Shown here: positions 45,230-55,921 of the stretch, piece by piece
Position numbering within the stretch: the stretch's first letter is position 1
How the letters are laid out: each line of letters starts with the position of its first letter
Source of the DNA: a virus
Virus record (IMG/VR): IMGVR_UViG_3300045988_106278
Coordinates: 1-64,000 of that record
Strand: one strand, 5' to 3'
DNA length: 64,000 nucleotides
Notes under the pieces: generated by a model
Database searches by the model: none
What the model saw: only the letters and a program-made list of their open reading frames with translations
What the model was told of the DNA's origin: nothing
Translations under genes and position numbers: made by a program

Positions 45230-46308
45230 GTTTAGAAAGTTTTAAACGTTCGATAGAGCTTGGTAGACAAGGATTTAATCAAGGATTTAGTATGGGTCTT
45301 CCTAAATTGGAAGAATTAATAGGAGGTATTACTAAAAGTACCATGACTCTTTTATTTGCGAGTTCAGGACAAGGTAAAAGTTCATGTGTATTATATTCTT
45401 ACATATATGCTCCTTTAAAAGAACATTTAGAAGATAATAAATTAAAAATTATTTTCTTTGCTCTTGAAATGAAAGAAGACTTTATTATAGCTAAATTATT
45501 AAGTACCTATTTATATGATACCTATCATATTGTTGTAACTGCTAAACAAATGTTATCTATAGGTAAAGATTATATTTTACCTGACGATTTATATGAGTAT
45601 GTACAACTAGGATATGATTGGCTAGAAAAAGTATATAAAGTACTAACTATATACGAAGGCTCTTTTAATTCTGATAGGCTCATAAAAGTTACAATGGAAG
45701 AGCTTAAAAAAGAAGGAGAATTTACAGAGAATAAGTATATTCCGAAAGACCCTGAAAAAGTAATACTTTCAGTAACTGACCATGTTGGATTGATTCAACC
45801 ATCCAATGGAAGGAACAGAAAAGGAGAAATTGATGATTATACTAATAAATTAGTTATCATTAGAAATAAAACAGGATTATCTCCAATTATTGTTATGCAA
45901 TCCAATAGAGCAGTGGCTAACATGGAAAGAAAAAAGAATGAAGCTTTCATGGAGCCAATGGTGGAGGATATTAAGGAAACATCCACTGTTTCAGAGAATT
46001 CTGAAATTATTTTAGCTGTATATAATCCTCAAGTTGATAAAAGAACAACTTATAGAGGTTACCAAGTTAAAGAAATGGGTTATAGGTTTCGAAGTATTCT
46101 TGTACTAAAGTCAAGATATGGAGAAAACCAAGTAGCTGATTGCTGTTTCTTTGACGGAGCAGTAAATAAGTGGATGGAAATGCCTAAGCCAGAAGAAATC
46201 TTTGATTATTCTAGATATCGAGCTACAAATAACAGTTCAACAGATAATACAATAAAGAATGAAGATAAAGATGAAAAAGTGAAAAATAAATTAGACTATA
46301 GTTTATGA
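45226..46308 (+). CDS. DnaB-like replicative DNA helicase (RecA-fold C-terminal domain)
   Basis: Walker A LLFASSGQGKSS. FALEMKEDFIIAKLLS resembles the DnaB FSLEM...RLL motif. IILAVYNPQV is Walker B-like. Confidence 0.6.
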   Translation: MSLESFKRSIELGRQGFNQGFSMGLPKLEELIGGITKSTMTLLFASSGQGKSSCVLYSYIYAPLKEHLEDNKLKIIFFALEMKEDFIIAKLLSTYLYDTYHIVVTAKQMLSIGKDYILPDDLYEYVQLGYDWLEKVYKVLTIYEGSFNSDRLIKVTMEELKKEGEFTENKYIPKDPEKVILSVTDHVGLIQPSNGRNRKGEIDDYTNKLVIIRNKTGLSPIIVMQSNRAVANMERKKNEAFMEPMVEDIKETSTVSENSEIILAVYNPQVDKRTTYRGYQVKEMGYRFRSILVLKSRYGENQVADCCFFDGAVNKWMEMPKPEEIFDYSRYRATNNSSTDNTIKNEDKDEKVKNKLDYSL

Positions 46309-47060
46309 TTATTGGTTTAGCAGGTTTGAGTGGTACCGGAAAAAGCACTTCTTTGCGTTATTTAGATTATAAATCAACATTTATCATTAGTTGTACTAAC
46401 AAGCAACTTCAAATTCCTGGATTTAGACGTAAGTACAAGAAAGCTGAAGTTGTAAATAAGAAGCCAGTTGGAAATTGGCTTGTGTCTAATGATTATACTA
46501 CTATTGGTAAGTGGTTAAAGATTATTGATAAATTACGTTCTGATATTAAGACAGTAGTCGTAGATGATGCTAACTATTGTCTTTCAAATAATATAATGGA
46601 TTCTGCCCTTGAAAAAGGTTGGGATAAGCACGTTGTGTTTGCTAAAAATTATTATGATTTAATCATGGAAGCTAGTGAACTGCGTGAAGATCTTAATGTA
46701 GTATTTATTAGTCATATTATTAATGCTGGTACTGATCTCGATGAACATTGGCAGTTATATTCTAGTGGTAAAATGTTGGATAGAACCGTAAATATTGATG
46801 GTTTATTTTCTTATATTTTATATACTGAACGCCAGGTTGATAATGAGGGCAATATTAGTTATTTCTTTAGAACTAAAACCAATGGTAACGATACTTGTCG
46901 TAGTGTTGATGGATGTTTTAAAGATAAACTGATTGAACCTAATATGCAGAAGGTTTTAGATACTATCCATAACTTTGAATATGGTGAGGAAGAAGAAGAA
47001 ATCGCAGATGACCATAATGAAACCAATAATGATGACAATATTTTAAATGAAGCTAATTAA
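46305..47060 (+). CDS. P-loop NTPase (AAA/RecA-like ATPase)
   Basis: Walker A IIGLAGLSGTGKST and Walker B-like VVVDDANY. Acidic C-terminus. Confidence 0.5.
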   Translation: MIIGLAGLSGTGKSTSLRYLDYKSTFIISCTNKQLQIPGFRRKYKKAEVVNKKPVGNWLVSNDYTTIGKWLKIIDKLRSDIKTVVVDDANYCLSNNIMDSALEKGWDKHVVFAKNYYDLIMEASELREDLNVVFISHIINAGTDLDEHWQLYSSGKMLDRTVNIDGLFSYILYTERQVDNEGNISYFFRTKTNGNDTCRSVDGCFKDKLIEPNMQKVLDTIHNFEYGEEEEEIADDHNETNNDDNILNEAN

Positions 47061-47652
47061 AATGACAATTAAGTCCGAGTGGCTTAATGAAGAAACTGGT
47101 GAAATTTTAACTGATACACGTGAGTTGAAGGATGATTCTGTAAAGAAGCCGTCTACTCGTAAGTCTTCTTCTAAAAAGAAAGATTCAGAAGTAGATGATA
47201 CAAATCTTAATCCACTATTAATTCTTGAGGAGAATAAGTATATTCTTAATAAGGCTGCTGTTGAGGCTCTTGGTGTAGAACCAGGAGATAAGGTAGACAT
47301 TAAACAGCAGAAGCTTAATAAGAAGGAGTGCTTAGTTATCGGAGCTGCTGAAACATTTGGTACGCAGTCAGGTAATAAATTAACTCAGAAGAATGCAGTT
47401 TCATATAGAGGAAAGAATAACCAGAACCTTGCTGAGCATGGTAATGAGTTTACTTTCACTCCACATCCTAAAATTGATGGATTGTTTATATTAACAGGTA
47501 ATCGAGAGCCTGAGATTAAAGAAGATGTAGTTCCTGAAGCAGAGGATATTGCATCAGAAGATGAATTAGATGACGAAATGGCTAGTCTTATTGACGGCAA
47601 CGCAGATGATACAGAAATCTCAGATAATGATTTTAATTTCGATAATCTTTAA
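47047..47652 (+). CDS. Hypothetical acidic protein (201 aa), possibly ssDNA-binding
   Basis: ORF track. The strongly acidic C-terminal tail ...DDTEISDNDFNFDNL resembles SSB tails. Confidence 0.4.
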   Translation: MKLIKMTIKSEWLNEETGEILTDTRELKDDSVKKPSTRKSSSKKKDSEVDDTNLNPLLILEENKYILNKAAVEALGVEPGDKVDIKQQKLNKKECLVIGAAETFGTQSGNKLTQKNAVSYRGKNNQNLAEHGNEFTFTPHPKIDGLFILTGNREPEIKEDVVPEAEDIASEDELDDEMASLIDGNADDTEISDNDFNFDNL

Positions 47653-47664
47653 TAATATAGCAAT

Positions 47665-48435
47665 ATGAATTTGAATTTTGGTGGTCTTGGTGATATTAAT
47701 CCTACAAGTAAGAAAGGTCTTCGTCCTTATGGAATTTATCTCGTTCAGTTAAAAAGTATAGAAGTTAAGGAGGGTCAAGGTAAGCAAGACCCTAATACAA
47801 CTTGGAAATCTCTGGTACTTCATTTTGAAGGAGAGCAAGGAACTTATCAAGAATCATTGTTTTATCCTAATGAAAGTTCTGCTAAAAGATATGAGGGTAA
47901 GAGAAAGGATTCTAAGGGTGTAGAATTCCCATATGTACTTCCTTCAGCATTTGAACAGCTTAAGGGTTTTATGCTGCATATTATAACAGTAGTAGGTGGT
48001 GATAAAGCTAAAGAATTGTTTATAACTAAAGCTCCTGCTTGTAAGAGTACTGACCAATTCATGCAGCTTTTCCAGGCAGTATTGACTAAGCATTGTATGA
48101 ATAAAAACTTTTATTTAAAGCTTAGCGGTCGTAAGGAAAAGAAAAAGGATGAAAAGGGAATTTCAAAGGAAACTGGTAATGTATTTGCTAAGATTCCTGA
48201 TATTGGAGCTATTAATAGTGATGGACAGTTCTATATCCGTGATAATTTTGCTAGCTTAGAGGAAGATAAATTGTCATTCTCTAGTTATGAGATTAAGCAG
48301 AAAGAGGATATGGAGAAGCGTAAGCCTACTGCTCCTGTGCCAGCAGCTGATTCAGAAGAGGCTAAATCTATTGACTCTACTGAAGGCAAGGAGGCTCAAG
48401 ATGAAGACTTCGATGCTATGCTGGCAGATATGTAG
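47665..48435 (+). CDS. Hypothetical protein (256 aa)
   Basis: ORF track. Acidic C-terminus. Confidence 0.55.
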   Translation: MNLNFGGLGDINPTSKKGLRPYGIYLVQLKSIEVKEGQGKQDPNTTWKSLVLHFEGEQGTYQESLFYPNESSAKRYEGKRKDSKGVEFPYVLPSAFEQLKGFMLHIITVVGGDKAKELFITKAPACKSTDQFMQLFQAVLTKHCMNKNFYLKLSGRKEKKKDEKGISKETGNVFAKIPDIGAINSDGQFYIRDNFASLEEDKLSFSSYEIKQKEDMEKRKPTAPVPAADSEEAKSIDSTEGKEAQDEDFDAMLADM

Positions 48436-48458
48436 TAATTATAAAGTAAGTAGTTTTT

Positions 48459-49469
48459 ATGGAATTAGATTTTTCTTATAAACCAGATATTACTAAGGAC
48501 TACTTACTTAAATATAACACAGAGGAAGCCTATATGGAGTATTATCTTGGCGTAAAAGTTTCAAAAAAATTAATTTGTAATCCTTTACGTAAAGATAAAA
48601 ATCCTACGGCTTCCTTTTTTCGTAACTCTAAAGGAGAACTTATATTCCATGATTTTAATGGGAGCTTTTATGGAAACTTTATATCAGTAGTTATGACTAA
48701 ATATGCTTGTAAATACCATCAAGCATTAGACATTATAGCTAAAGATTTTGGCTTATTAAAAGGACAAAATAATTATCATTCTGTAATACAATCAAGCACT
48801 TCTTTTGTTAAAACAAATGAGCCAGCAGATATACGAGTAGAAATAAAAGATTTCTCAGAAGATGAATTAAAATGGTGGGGTAAACAAGGAGTTTCTTTAG
48901 AATTACTAAATAAATATAAAGTATATTCTTGTCGTACTGTATTTTTAAATGGTAATATTCAAACTATAAAGACTAAAGATAACTTTATCTTCGGATATTA
49001 TGGAGGAACAATGCAAGGTAAAGAATTGTGGAGAATTTATTATCCTAAACGTAAGGAATATAGATTTCTAACAAATTGGCCCTCTAAAAAGGTTCAAGGT
49101 TATAGTCAGTTACCTAAAAAAGGTACTTTATTAGTTATAACTAAAAGTATGAAGGATACTATGTGTTTAAGAGGTTTAGGTGTAACAGCCTGTGCTCCAA
49201 ATAGTGAAACACAATGGTTATCTGAAAACATGTTAAATGATCTAAAAGAAAGATTTACTTATATAGTAACTTTTTATGATAATGATAGACCTGGAATGTT
49301 TAATATGGCTAAGATAAGAAGAAATCATCCAGAATTACTTTATTTCTTTATACCTCATAAATTCAAAGTAAAAGATATAAGTGATTTTTATAAAAAATAT
49401 GGTCGACAGAATACTTTAAAATTTATAAAGTATTATATAAAAAAATTAAGTAACTATGTCAAAAAGTAA
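48459..49469 (+). CDS. DNA primase (toprim domain)
   Basis: A toprim-like segment with LVITKSMKDTMCLRGLGVTACAPNSE and the DxD motif in VTFYDNDRPG. Confidence 0.6.
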   Translation: MELDFSYKPDITKDYLLKYNTEEAYMEYYLGVKVSKKLICNPLRKDKNPTASFFRNSKGELIFHDFNGSFYGNFISVVMTKYACKYHQALDIIAKDFGLLKGQNNYHSVIQSSTSFVKTNEPADIRVEIKDFSEDELKWWGKQGVSLELLNKYKVYSCRTVFLNGNIQTIKTKDNFIFGYYGGTMQGKELWRIYYPKRKEYRFLTNWPSKKVQGYSQLPKKGTLLVITKSMKDTMCLRGLGVTACAPNSETQWLSENMLNDLKERFTYIVTFYDNDRPGMFNMAKIRRNHPELLYFFIPHKFKVKDISDFYKKYGRQNTLKFIKYYIKKLSNYVKK

Positions 49470-49515
49470 TTAGAATCTGAATACTGCTATTAGAATAACA
49501 TATAAAAACGGCGAT

Positions 49516-50025
49516 GTGCACGATTATACATCTATAGAGGAATGCTCTGAGAAAACTAAAATAAGTCAAGCAGCTCTTAAAATTAGATGTAATAAATCTG
49601 GAAAAATGGCTGATGGCACTTTATATGAATGGATAGATAGCCATACTAAGAAGAGTTATCAAGCTAAAAAATCTAGAAATAAAGGAAGTGCATGGGAAGC
49701 AGATATAATTCATCATCTTAGAGATATGGGGTATACTGAGTGTGTAAGTGCTAGAGGAGAGAGTAAGTTTACAGATAATAATAAAGTTGATATAATTGAT
49801 AGGTCTGGAAAATTACCTATAAATATTCAAGCAAAACATACTGCTAATACTCCAGCATATTTTAAGATAGAAAATTCTTGCCCTTATAAGGACAAGTCAT
49901 TTGTGCTATGCTGGAAGAAGGCTCCAACAGAAGGTAGTGTTAGTCCAGGAGCAATAGCAATGATTCCTATAGATTTCTTTTATACTTTATTAGAATGTTA
50001 TTCTAAAAGTAATAATTTAATATGA
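49516..50025 (+). CDS. Hypothetical protein (169 aa)
   Basis: ORF track. Confidence 0.5.
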   Translation: MHDYTSIEECSEKTKISQAALKIRCNKSGKMADGTLYEWIDSHTKKSYQAKKSRNKGSAWEADIIHHLRDMGYTECVSARGESKFTDNNKVDIIDRSGKLPINIQAKHTANTPAYFKIENSCPYKDKSFVLCWKKAPTEGSVSPGAIAMIPIDFFYTLLECYSKSNNLI

Positions 50026-50206
50026 GAGAACTATTAGCCTTAGGAGTAATAGATTTTATAATAAGTACAATATTAATTTTACTTAAGATTTTTGGAATAT
50101 TGTTATGGAGTTGGATAACATTAGCAGTGGTAATATTTTTATCACTCCCAATTACCATAATGATATTATTTATTATTATAATGATAATTATATATAACAA
50201 TACCAA

Positions 50207-50452
50207 ATGAATAATTATATTTTTGCAATTTGTCAGAGTAATAAAAATAAACTTCATAAGTTAACTGCATCTTCATATGAGGAAGCTGTTGAAAAGGCTA
50301 AAGAAGAAGTTGATAAGTACTTAAATTTAGACGATGATACATATGCTATTCTTGATAACAATGATAGCTGGATAAATATCAGAGCTGAATTGGCTAAGAA
50401 AGGTATTGGGGTAACATATATAAGAGATATTGAGGAATTATTTAATCTATGA
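50207..50452 (+). CDS. Hypothetical protein (81 aa)
   Basis: ORF track. Confidence 0.4.
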   Translation: MNNYIFAICQSNKNKLHKLTASSYEEAVEKAKEEVDKYLNLDDDTYAILDNNDSWINIRAELAKKGIGVTYIRDIEELFNL

Positions 50453-50985
50453 AATTAAGAATTGGTTTAGATTTAGATGATACATTAAATGAGTTTATGA
50501 ATCCATATTTAAAAAGATTTGGATATCCTAAGTCTGATGGAGAAATAACAAAAAATGTACAACAAGTTTTAATAAAAGACAGAGAATGGTGGATAAATCT
50601 TCCAGTAAAAAATAAAATAAACTTTATACCTGAATTATATTGTACTAAAAGAGTATGCAATAAAGACTATAGTAAAACATGGCTAAAGAATAATGGTTAT
50701 CCTAGTAAACCTGTTTATCAAGTCTTGTGCCAGCGTGCTAATAAAGCTCGGTATATAAAAGGTAGAGTTGATATTTTCATTGATGATTCTATTAGTAATT
50801 TTATTCAGATGAATCTAGCAGGATTGCCTTGCTTATTAATAGCTTCTGAATCTAATGAAAAATGGGGTCCTTATGGTAAGATTTATAGTTTAGATAAAGA
50901 AGAGATAGAATATGGGTATGAATGTATAAAAGAGTCGGAAGACTTTAACAATTACTTACGTGAAATTAAGTCAAATTTCTATTAA
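50449..50985 (+). CDS. HAD-superfamily 5'(3')-deoxyribonucleotidase-like
   Basis: The N-terminal GLDLDDTL is a HAD motif I (DxDxT). Size and context fit phage nucleotidases. Confidence 0.5.
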   Translation: MKLRIGLDLDDTLNEFMNPYLKRFGYPKSDGEITKNVQQVLIKDREWWINLPVKNKINFIPELYCTKRVCNKDYSKTWLKNNGYPSKPVYQVLCQRANKARYIKGRVDIFIDDSISNFIQMNLAGLPCLLIASESNEKWGPYGKIYSLDKEEIEYGYECIKESEDFNNYLREIKSNFY

Positions 50986-52006
50986 ACCTCTGATAGAGAC
51001 TTTAAGAGTTGAAGATATTGATGATAATACTTATTTCTCAGAAAAGTATAATAATTATATCTCAAACTCTAGATTATCTAAGATAAATCCAGATCAAGAT
51101 GGTTCTCCAACAGAGTTCTTTGATAATTGGGGTAAGACTAAGTTAAATACAACTAGTTTGGAATTTGGTAGTTGGTTACATACTTTAGTTTTACAACCTG
51201 ATGACTTCTTTCTAACAGATGTTAGCAGACCTACTGCTAAAATGGGGTCAATGGCAGACTATATTTATAAGAAAACACAAGGTATCAATGTTACTAATGA
51301 TATTATATTAGAAGCATCTGATAAATGTGATTATTATAAAGATAAAATGTCAGATAAAAAAATAGAAAAAGTGTTAGCAGACTGTGCTCAATACTGGTGT
51401 GATAGAAAAGCTTTTGAAAAAGAAAATAATGATGCTAGAACACCAATATTTACAGATCCTAAAAATCATGCTAAACTGAAAGTCTGTCTAGAGTCTCTAG
51501 ATAGTGATACACAAATTCAATCTTTACTAAACCCTGAAGGATTACTAGAACAACCAATTATTGGTAATGAGATAGCTTTCCTTATAGATGTTTTAGTAGA
51601 GGCTCCAGAGCATAAACCTTTTATATTAAAAATTAAGTCTAAACTTGATAATTATAGTATAGATAAAGAAGAAGGAATAATCACTGTAAATGATTTAAAA
51701 ACCACAGGAGATTTAATAAATAACTTTGCTAAAGGAGCTCTTATTAAATATCACTATTATAGAGAGATGGCTTTATATAGTTGGTTATTAACTATGGCTG
51801 CTAAGAAGAATTATAACATTGAGAATCCTAAAATTAGAAGTAATTTCTTAGTAGTAGAAACTATTCCAAATTTTAATACTAAAGTAGTTCCTATGACTAG
51901 AGAACTTTTTAATAAAGGATTTAAAGAGTTTACTCACCTTCTTAAATTAGTAGCATTCTATTGTATGCATGGTTATGAGGGATTCGGAATTACTCAAGAG
52001 ACCTGA
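50960..52006 (+). CDS. Hypothetical protein (348 aa), possible nuclease
   Basis: ORF track. No confident motif. Confidence 0.5.
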   Translation: MKLSQISIKPLIETLRVEDIDDNTYFSEKYNNYISNSRLSKINPDQDGSPTEFFDNWGKTKLNTTSLEFGSWLHTLVLQPDDFFLTDVSRPTAKMGSMADYIYKKTQGINVTNDIILEASDKCDYYKDKMSDKKIEKVLADCAQYWCDRKAFEKENNDARTPIFTDPKNHAKLKVCLESLDSDTQIQSLLNPEGLLEQPIIGNEIAFLIDVLVEAPEHKPFILKIKSKLDNYSIDKEEGIITVNDLKTTGDLINNFAKGALIKYHYYREMALYSWLLTMAAKKNYNIENPKIRSNFLVVETIPNFNTKVVPMTRELFNKGFKEFTHLLKLVAFYCMHGYEGFGITQET

Positions 52007-52328
52007 TTATACTAAACTTTCCGATTTATATCGTAAATACTTTAGTTTAGGGTCTTTAGGGGAAAGTATAAATTTAAAATTTGCACTTATATCATTACTT
52101 GGATATATGGTAAATTCTATGAAGAAGAAAAAACCTGGAGTTACTTATTATGAAGTAACTGCTAAATTAGCAGAAAAAACAGGTCTTGATGAAGATACAA
52201 TACAAGCTATCGCTATCATCACTGAGGATTTTTCATATGGATGTACCGATTTTCCAACATTTGGCGTGCAACCAAAAGATATGCCAACAAAAATAAGAGA
52301 ATTAATGGGAAAATTTCTTCCATTCTAA
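51969..52328 (+). CDS. Hypothetical protein (119 aa)
   Basis: ORF track. Overlaps the upstream gene's end; the start is uncertain. Confidence 0.4.
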   Translation: MVMRDSELLKRPDYTKLSDLYRKYFSLGSLGESINLKFALISLLGYMVNSMKKKKPGVTYYEVTAKLAEKTGLDEDTIQAIAIITEDFSYGCTDFPTFGVQPKDMPTKIRELMGKFLPF

Positions 52329-52456
52329 AAAAATTAATTTTTTTATAATTTTCTTTTTGGAGGCAAAAAATATAGATTATATTAGCATCACAAAGATAAA
52401 GAAAAAACATCGCAGATGATTTGATAATAAGAATTAATGTTAATATATTTTTGAAA

Positions 52457-53101
52457 ATGAGTGAAATTTTTAATTTTAAGAGTTTTGAAGTAAGTGCAGA
52501 AACAAAGGAAGCAGCAGTAGCACAGGTAGAGAAAGAGAATTTTCATATTAATGGTGATGCAACACAGGCATGGAAGAAGTTCCATGAGAAGAATGCTAAA
52601 GTAACTTCTAATGATGAGAAGGAATTTAAGCTGGAGTATTTGAAGAAAAAGACTAAGAATGCTCCTGGTAGTGGTTTCATTGTAACTCTTTCTAGTGCTG
52701 TTGTAAGTACACGTGAGCGTCCTTGGAAGGTTGTTGATATTAAGACTGAGGGTAAGCGTGATACTCAGAAGAAGTTTGATTTGGTAGACCACGATACAAA
52801 GGAAGTATTGAAGACTTTGAAGTCTGAGCGTGTAAAGAACGAAAAGGCTGGTGAAGCAATTCTTGATAAGGATGGTAACGATACTGGTCATGTTGAACCA
52901 GATACAAAGGTTATTCGTCCTACTAAGACCGCAGCTAAGGAAATGGCTAAGGAACTTATTAAGAAGGGCTTTAAGGGTCAGATCGATATCGTTCAGGGTA
53001 AGGAGTCTATTGGCTCTGACCCAGTAGTAGCTACTGTAACTTATACTCCATCTAAGAGTACTAAGAATGGTCGCTATATGTTCTTTGGTTTGGAATTTTA
53101 A
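52457..53101 (+). CDS. Hypothetical Lys/Glu-rich protein with GC-rich codon usage
   Basis: ORF track 52421..53101, trimmed to Met MSEIFNF. GC content is well above background. A strong terminator follows. Confidence 0.55.
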   Translation: MSEIFNFKSFEVSAETKEAAVAQVEKENFHINGDATQAWKKFHEKNAKVTSNDEKEFKLEYLKKKTKNAPGSGFIVTLSSAVVSTRERPWKVVDIKTEGKRDTQKKFDLVDHDTKEVLKTLKSERVKNEKAGEAILDKDGNDTGHVEPDTKVIRPTKTAAKEMAKELIKKGFKGQIDIVQGKESIGSDPVVATVTYTPSKSTKNGRYMFFGLEF

Positions 53102-53124
53102 TTTTATTCATAATTTTTAAAGTA

Positions 53125-53158
53125 AGGCAGGTGCTCGTGAGAGTATCTGCCTTTTTTA
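53125..53158 (+). terminator. Rho-independent terminator
   Basis: aggcag gtgctcgtgagagtat ctgcct tttttt. Confidence 0.75.
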
Positions 53159-53231
53159 ATTTAGATACCTTTTATTTTACTAGATACTTTTATTTATAAA
53201 GGCGTAACAGCTATCTAATTTTTAAAAAAGT

Positions 53232-54758
53232 ATGAAACAAGCAACAAAATCTTCTTATATTAAGCTCTTTAATGATGCAATTAATAATAATCGTTCTTTA
53301 AAAGCTCAGTGTACTATATCAGGAAAAAATATAAATACTGTATATATGACAATGAGAAATCTTAAAAAGAAAGAAAATAAAGATGAAGATGATAAGAAGA
53401 TATTGGAATTATATGATAAACTAAAGAATACTAAGAAAAAAGAAGTAAAGAAAGATACAGATGATGCTTCTAATACTTGGGAAATAAGAGACGAGGATAC
53501 TGGTAAAATTACTGGATATAAGTTTGAGATTTTCAAAAGAAATAAGCCCGCAATCACAGGAGTCTTTACTAGAAACGAAATGAATAGTGTATATAGAATG
53601 TATACTTATTACGGTTCTGGTTTAACCCAGCAGATTGTCAGCAGATATTTCCCAGATTATTCTCTTATTGACTTTAAAAGAATTTTACGAGCTTTTAATA
53701 TTACTAAAGCATCCTCTCCATTTGCTCCTCATATGTATGAAGAATATACTGAGGATGAATTAAAAGAAAGGCATCTTAGGGAAAAAGAGAATGATTTCTT
53801 AAAAAGAATAGAGAAAGATGAGGTAAAGGATTTAAGAGCTTTAGTTACTAAGTTAACTAAGGAAACCTCTAAGTCTTTAAATAAGGAACTTATAGAAGAT
53901 ACTATTAAAAATACAGTAAAGGATTATAAAGAGCTTCCAGTAAACATTAATAATAAAGAAGCAAAATATCCTGATTTAATTATATGGTTATCTGATTTAC
54001 ATATCGGAGCTTATAATGCTAAATATAGTAGTTTTGTACAGTTACCTTCTTATGATGTTCCAGAAATTAAATCTAGATTATCTAGAATTGTGGAATCTTT
54101 TGTGGGACAAGAATATCATTCTGTATATGTAGTTAATCTTGGAGATTCTATTGATGGGTTCAATAAAGAAACTACTAGAGGGGGTCATGAGCTTCCTGAG
54201 ATTCTTGATAATAAAGAAATTAGTGAAGCATTTATAGAGTGTATGATGGAGTTCTTTGCTACTCTTACAGTAAAAGTAAAAAGTAAAGATTTTAATTATC
54301 TCTCTATAGGAGAATCTAATCATGGTGGTGATTTTGAATGGTTAAATCAGAAACTTTTAGCTGCATATTTAACTAAATATAATGTTAAAAGTTATATTAG
54401 TAACTATCCTATTGATAATTTCATCATTGGAGATCATCAATTCCTATATGCTCATGGTAAAGATAATAATTCTCAGACTAGACAATTTCCTCTTACTTTA
54501 AATCCTCAGACTGAATTATTCTTTGCTAATTATATAGCAGAAAAAGGTATATGTAGTCCTCATATTTATATAGTAAAAGGTGATTTACATAATTATGCTT
54601 ATACTACTGGTAAGCAGTTTGATTATATATCAGTAGGTAGTATGTATGGTAGTAGTAATTATATTACAGCTAATTTTGGACATACTAAATGGAGTATTAA
54701 TTATACTATTGTAAAAGATAAAGATATTTTGATGGGAACTATTAAAGGAAATAATTAA
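53232..54758 (+). CDS. Calcineurin-like metallophosphoesterase (508 aa) with Lys-rich N-terminal extension
   Basis: Metallophosphatase-like motifs in order: LSDLHIG (DxH), NLGDSIDGF (GDxxD), GESNHGG (GNH), YAHGKD. Confidence 0.55.
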   Translation: MKQATKSSYIKLFNDAINNNRSLKAQCTISGKNINTVYMTMRNLKKKENKDEDDKKILELYDKLKNTKKKEVKKDTDDASNTWEIRDEDTGKITGYKFEIFKRNKPAITGVFTRNEMNSVYRMYTYYGSGLTQQIVSRYFPDYSLIDFKRILRAFNITKASSPFAPHMYEEYTEDELKERHLREKENDFLKRIEKDEVKDLRALVTKLTKETSKSLNKELIEDTIKNTVKDYKELPVNINNKEAKYPDLIIWLSDLHIGAYNAKYSSFVQLPSYDVPEIKSRLSRIVESFVGQEYHSVYVVNLGDSIDGFNKETTRGGHELPEILDNKEISEAFIECMMEFFATLTVKVKSKDFNYLSIGESNHGGDFEWLNQKLLAAYLTKYNVKSYISNYPIDNFIIGDHQFLYAHGKDNNSQTRQFPLTLNPQTELFFANYIAEKGICSPHIYIVKGDLHNYAYTTGKQFDYISVGSMYGSSNYITANFGHTKWSINYTIVKDKDILMGTIKGNN

Positions 54759-55027
54759 TGAAGGACATAAGACTTCCAGAAACATCTGATAAATCTATAG
54801 ACATCTCTGCTATAGATACAAATACTGAAGGTATTATCTTAGCATACAAAGGTAATAAACCAATAGGATTTATTGGCTATAACAATGAAGATATTACATG
54901 GGAATATTTCGATGATATTACCATAGATTGTAGTTTTAAATGTAATGAAAATTTACTAGCATTACTAAAAGCTATAATGTCAAATAATTACGCCGATAGT
55001 TTTAAATTAATTGACTTTAAACAATGA
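54758..55027 (+). CDS. Small hypothetical protein (89 aa), paralog A
   Basis: The pattern ...IxLPxxSDxxIDxxAIxTNxxGIIxAYKxxxxxGxIxY... is shared with 55024..55308. Confidence 0.5.
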   Translation: MKDIRLPETSDKSIDISAIDTNTEGIILAYKGNKPIGFIGYNNEDITWEYFDDITIDCSFKCNENLLALLKAIMSNNYADSFKLIDFKQ

Positions 55028-55308
55028 AATATATTACTATTCCTAAAAGTAGTGATACTACTATAGATTTAGCAGCTATTACTAATAATTATAAAGGTAT
55101 AATTATCGCTTATAAAGAAGGTATGGCTGTAGGAAGCATTTCATATTGTTCAGATACCGATCTGTGGTATTTTTGTGACAATATAGATAATGGTCAATTT
55201 GATACATGTAAAGGTACATTATTAGAATTAGTCAATGACTTAATAGATACTAAACATATAGCAGATAATTTTAGATTATTAGAATTTTATACTAACAACG
55301 ATGATTAG
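55024..55308 (+). CDS. Small hypothetical protein (94 aa), paralog B
   Basis: Similar to 54758..55027 (MKYITIPKSSDTTIDLAAITNNYKGIIIAYKEGMAVGSISY). Confidence 0.5.
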   Translation: MKYITIPKSSDTTIDLAAITNNYKGIIIAYKEGMAVGSISYCSDTDLWYFCDNIDNGQFDTCKGTLLELVNDLIDTKHIADNFRLLEFYTNNDD

Positions 55309-55921
55309 CAGAGAAGACATTTTACAGGAAGCTTTACATAAGTGTTTTGTAGAAATGTATAGATGGGCTCAGCCTTCTATAAATTTGGATGAGCTTATTA
55401 AGAATGGATTTAAAGATAGTGAAAAAGATCCTTTATATGCTAGACATTATTTATCTCAAGATAATTTTAATTATATAAGAGACACTTATATGTATGCATA
55501 TGGTATTAAGGATACTTGGGATGATACTTTTGAAATATTAATTAAGCAACTCTTAGAAGGAGGTATAGAAGATGATTATAAAGAAGCTACTCCTGATAAA
55601 CCTGCTTATAGAGATTATAAAAAAGTTATCCCACTAAAAGAAGTTATTACTTGCCCAGAAGAAGTTAATACTATTATTGACTATATAAAGAAATGTCAAA
55701 ACTTTTATAAAGGACATTGCTATGAAACTAATAAATTTTCTTGTAGTATTGCGTTAGGTCCTAGTCCTAATTGTAATGCAAAACATGTTACAGAATATTG
55801 GCATAGTCATGGCAAACCAGAGTTTAAAATAGTAGAATATAATATCTCAGATGTTATTTACGGAGACGGAGACTTTGAAGAAGTATCTGATGAAGAGTTT
55901 CTCACTACATTAAGATGGTAA
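55301..55921 (+). CDS. Hypothetical protein (206 aa)
   Basis: ORF track. Confidence 0.5.
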   Translation: MISREDILQEALHKCFVEMYRWAQPSINLDELIKNGFKDSEKDPLYARHYLSQDNFNYIRDTYMYAYGIKDTWDDTFEILIKQLLEGGIEDDYKEATPDKPAYRDYKKVIPLKEVITCPEEVNTIIDYIKKCQNFYKGHCYETNKFSCSIALGPSPNCNAKHVTEYWHSHGKPEFKIVEYNISDVIYGDGDFEEVSDEEFLTTLRW

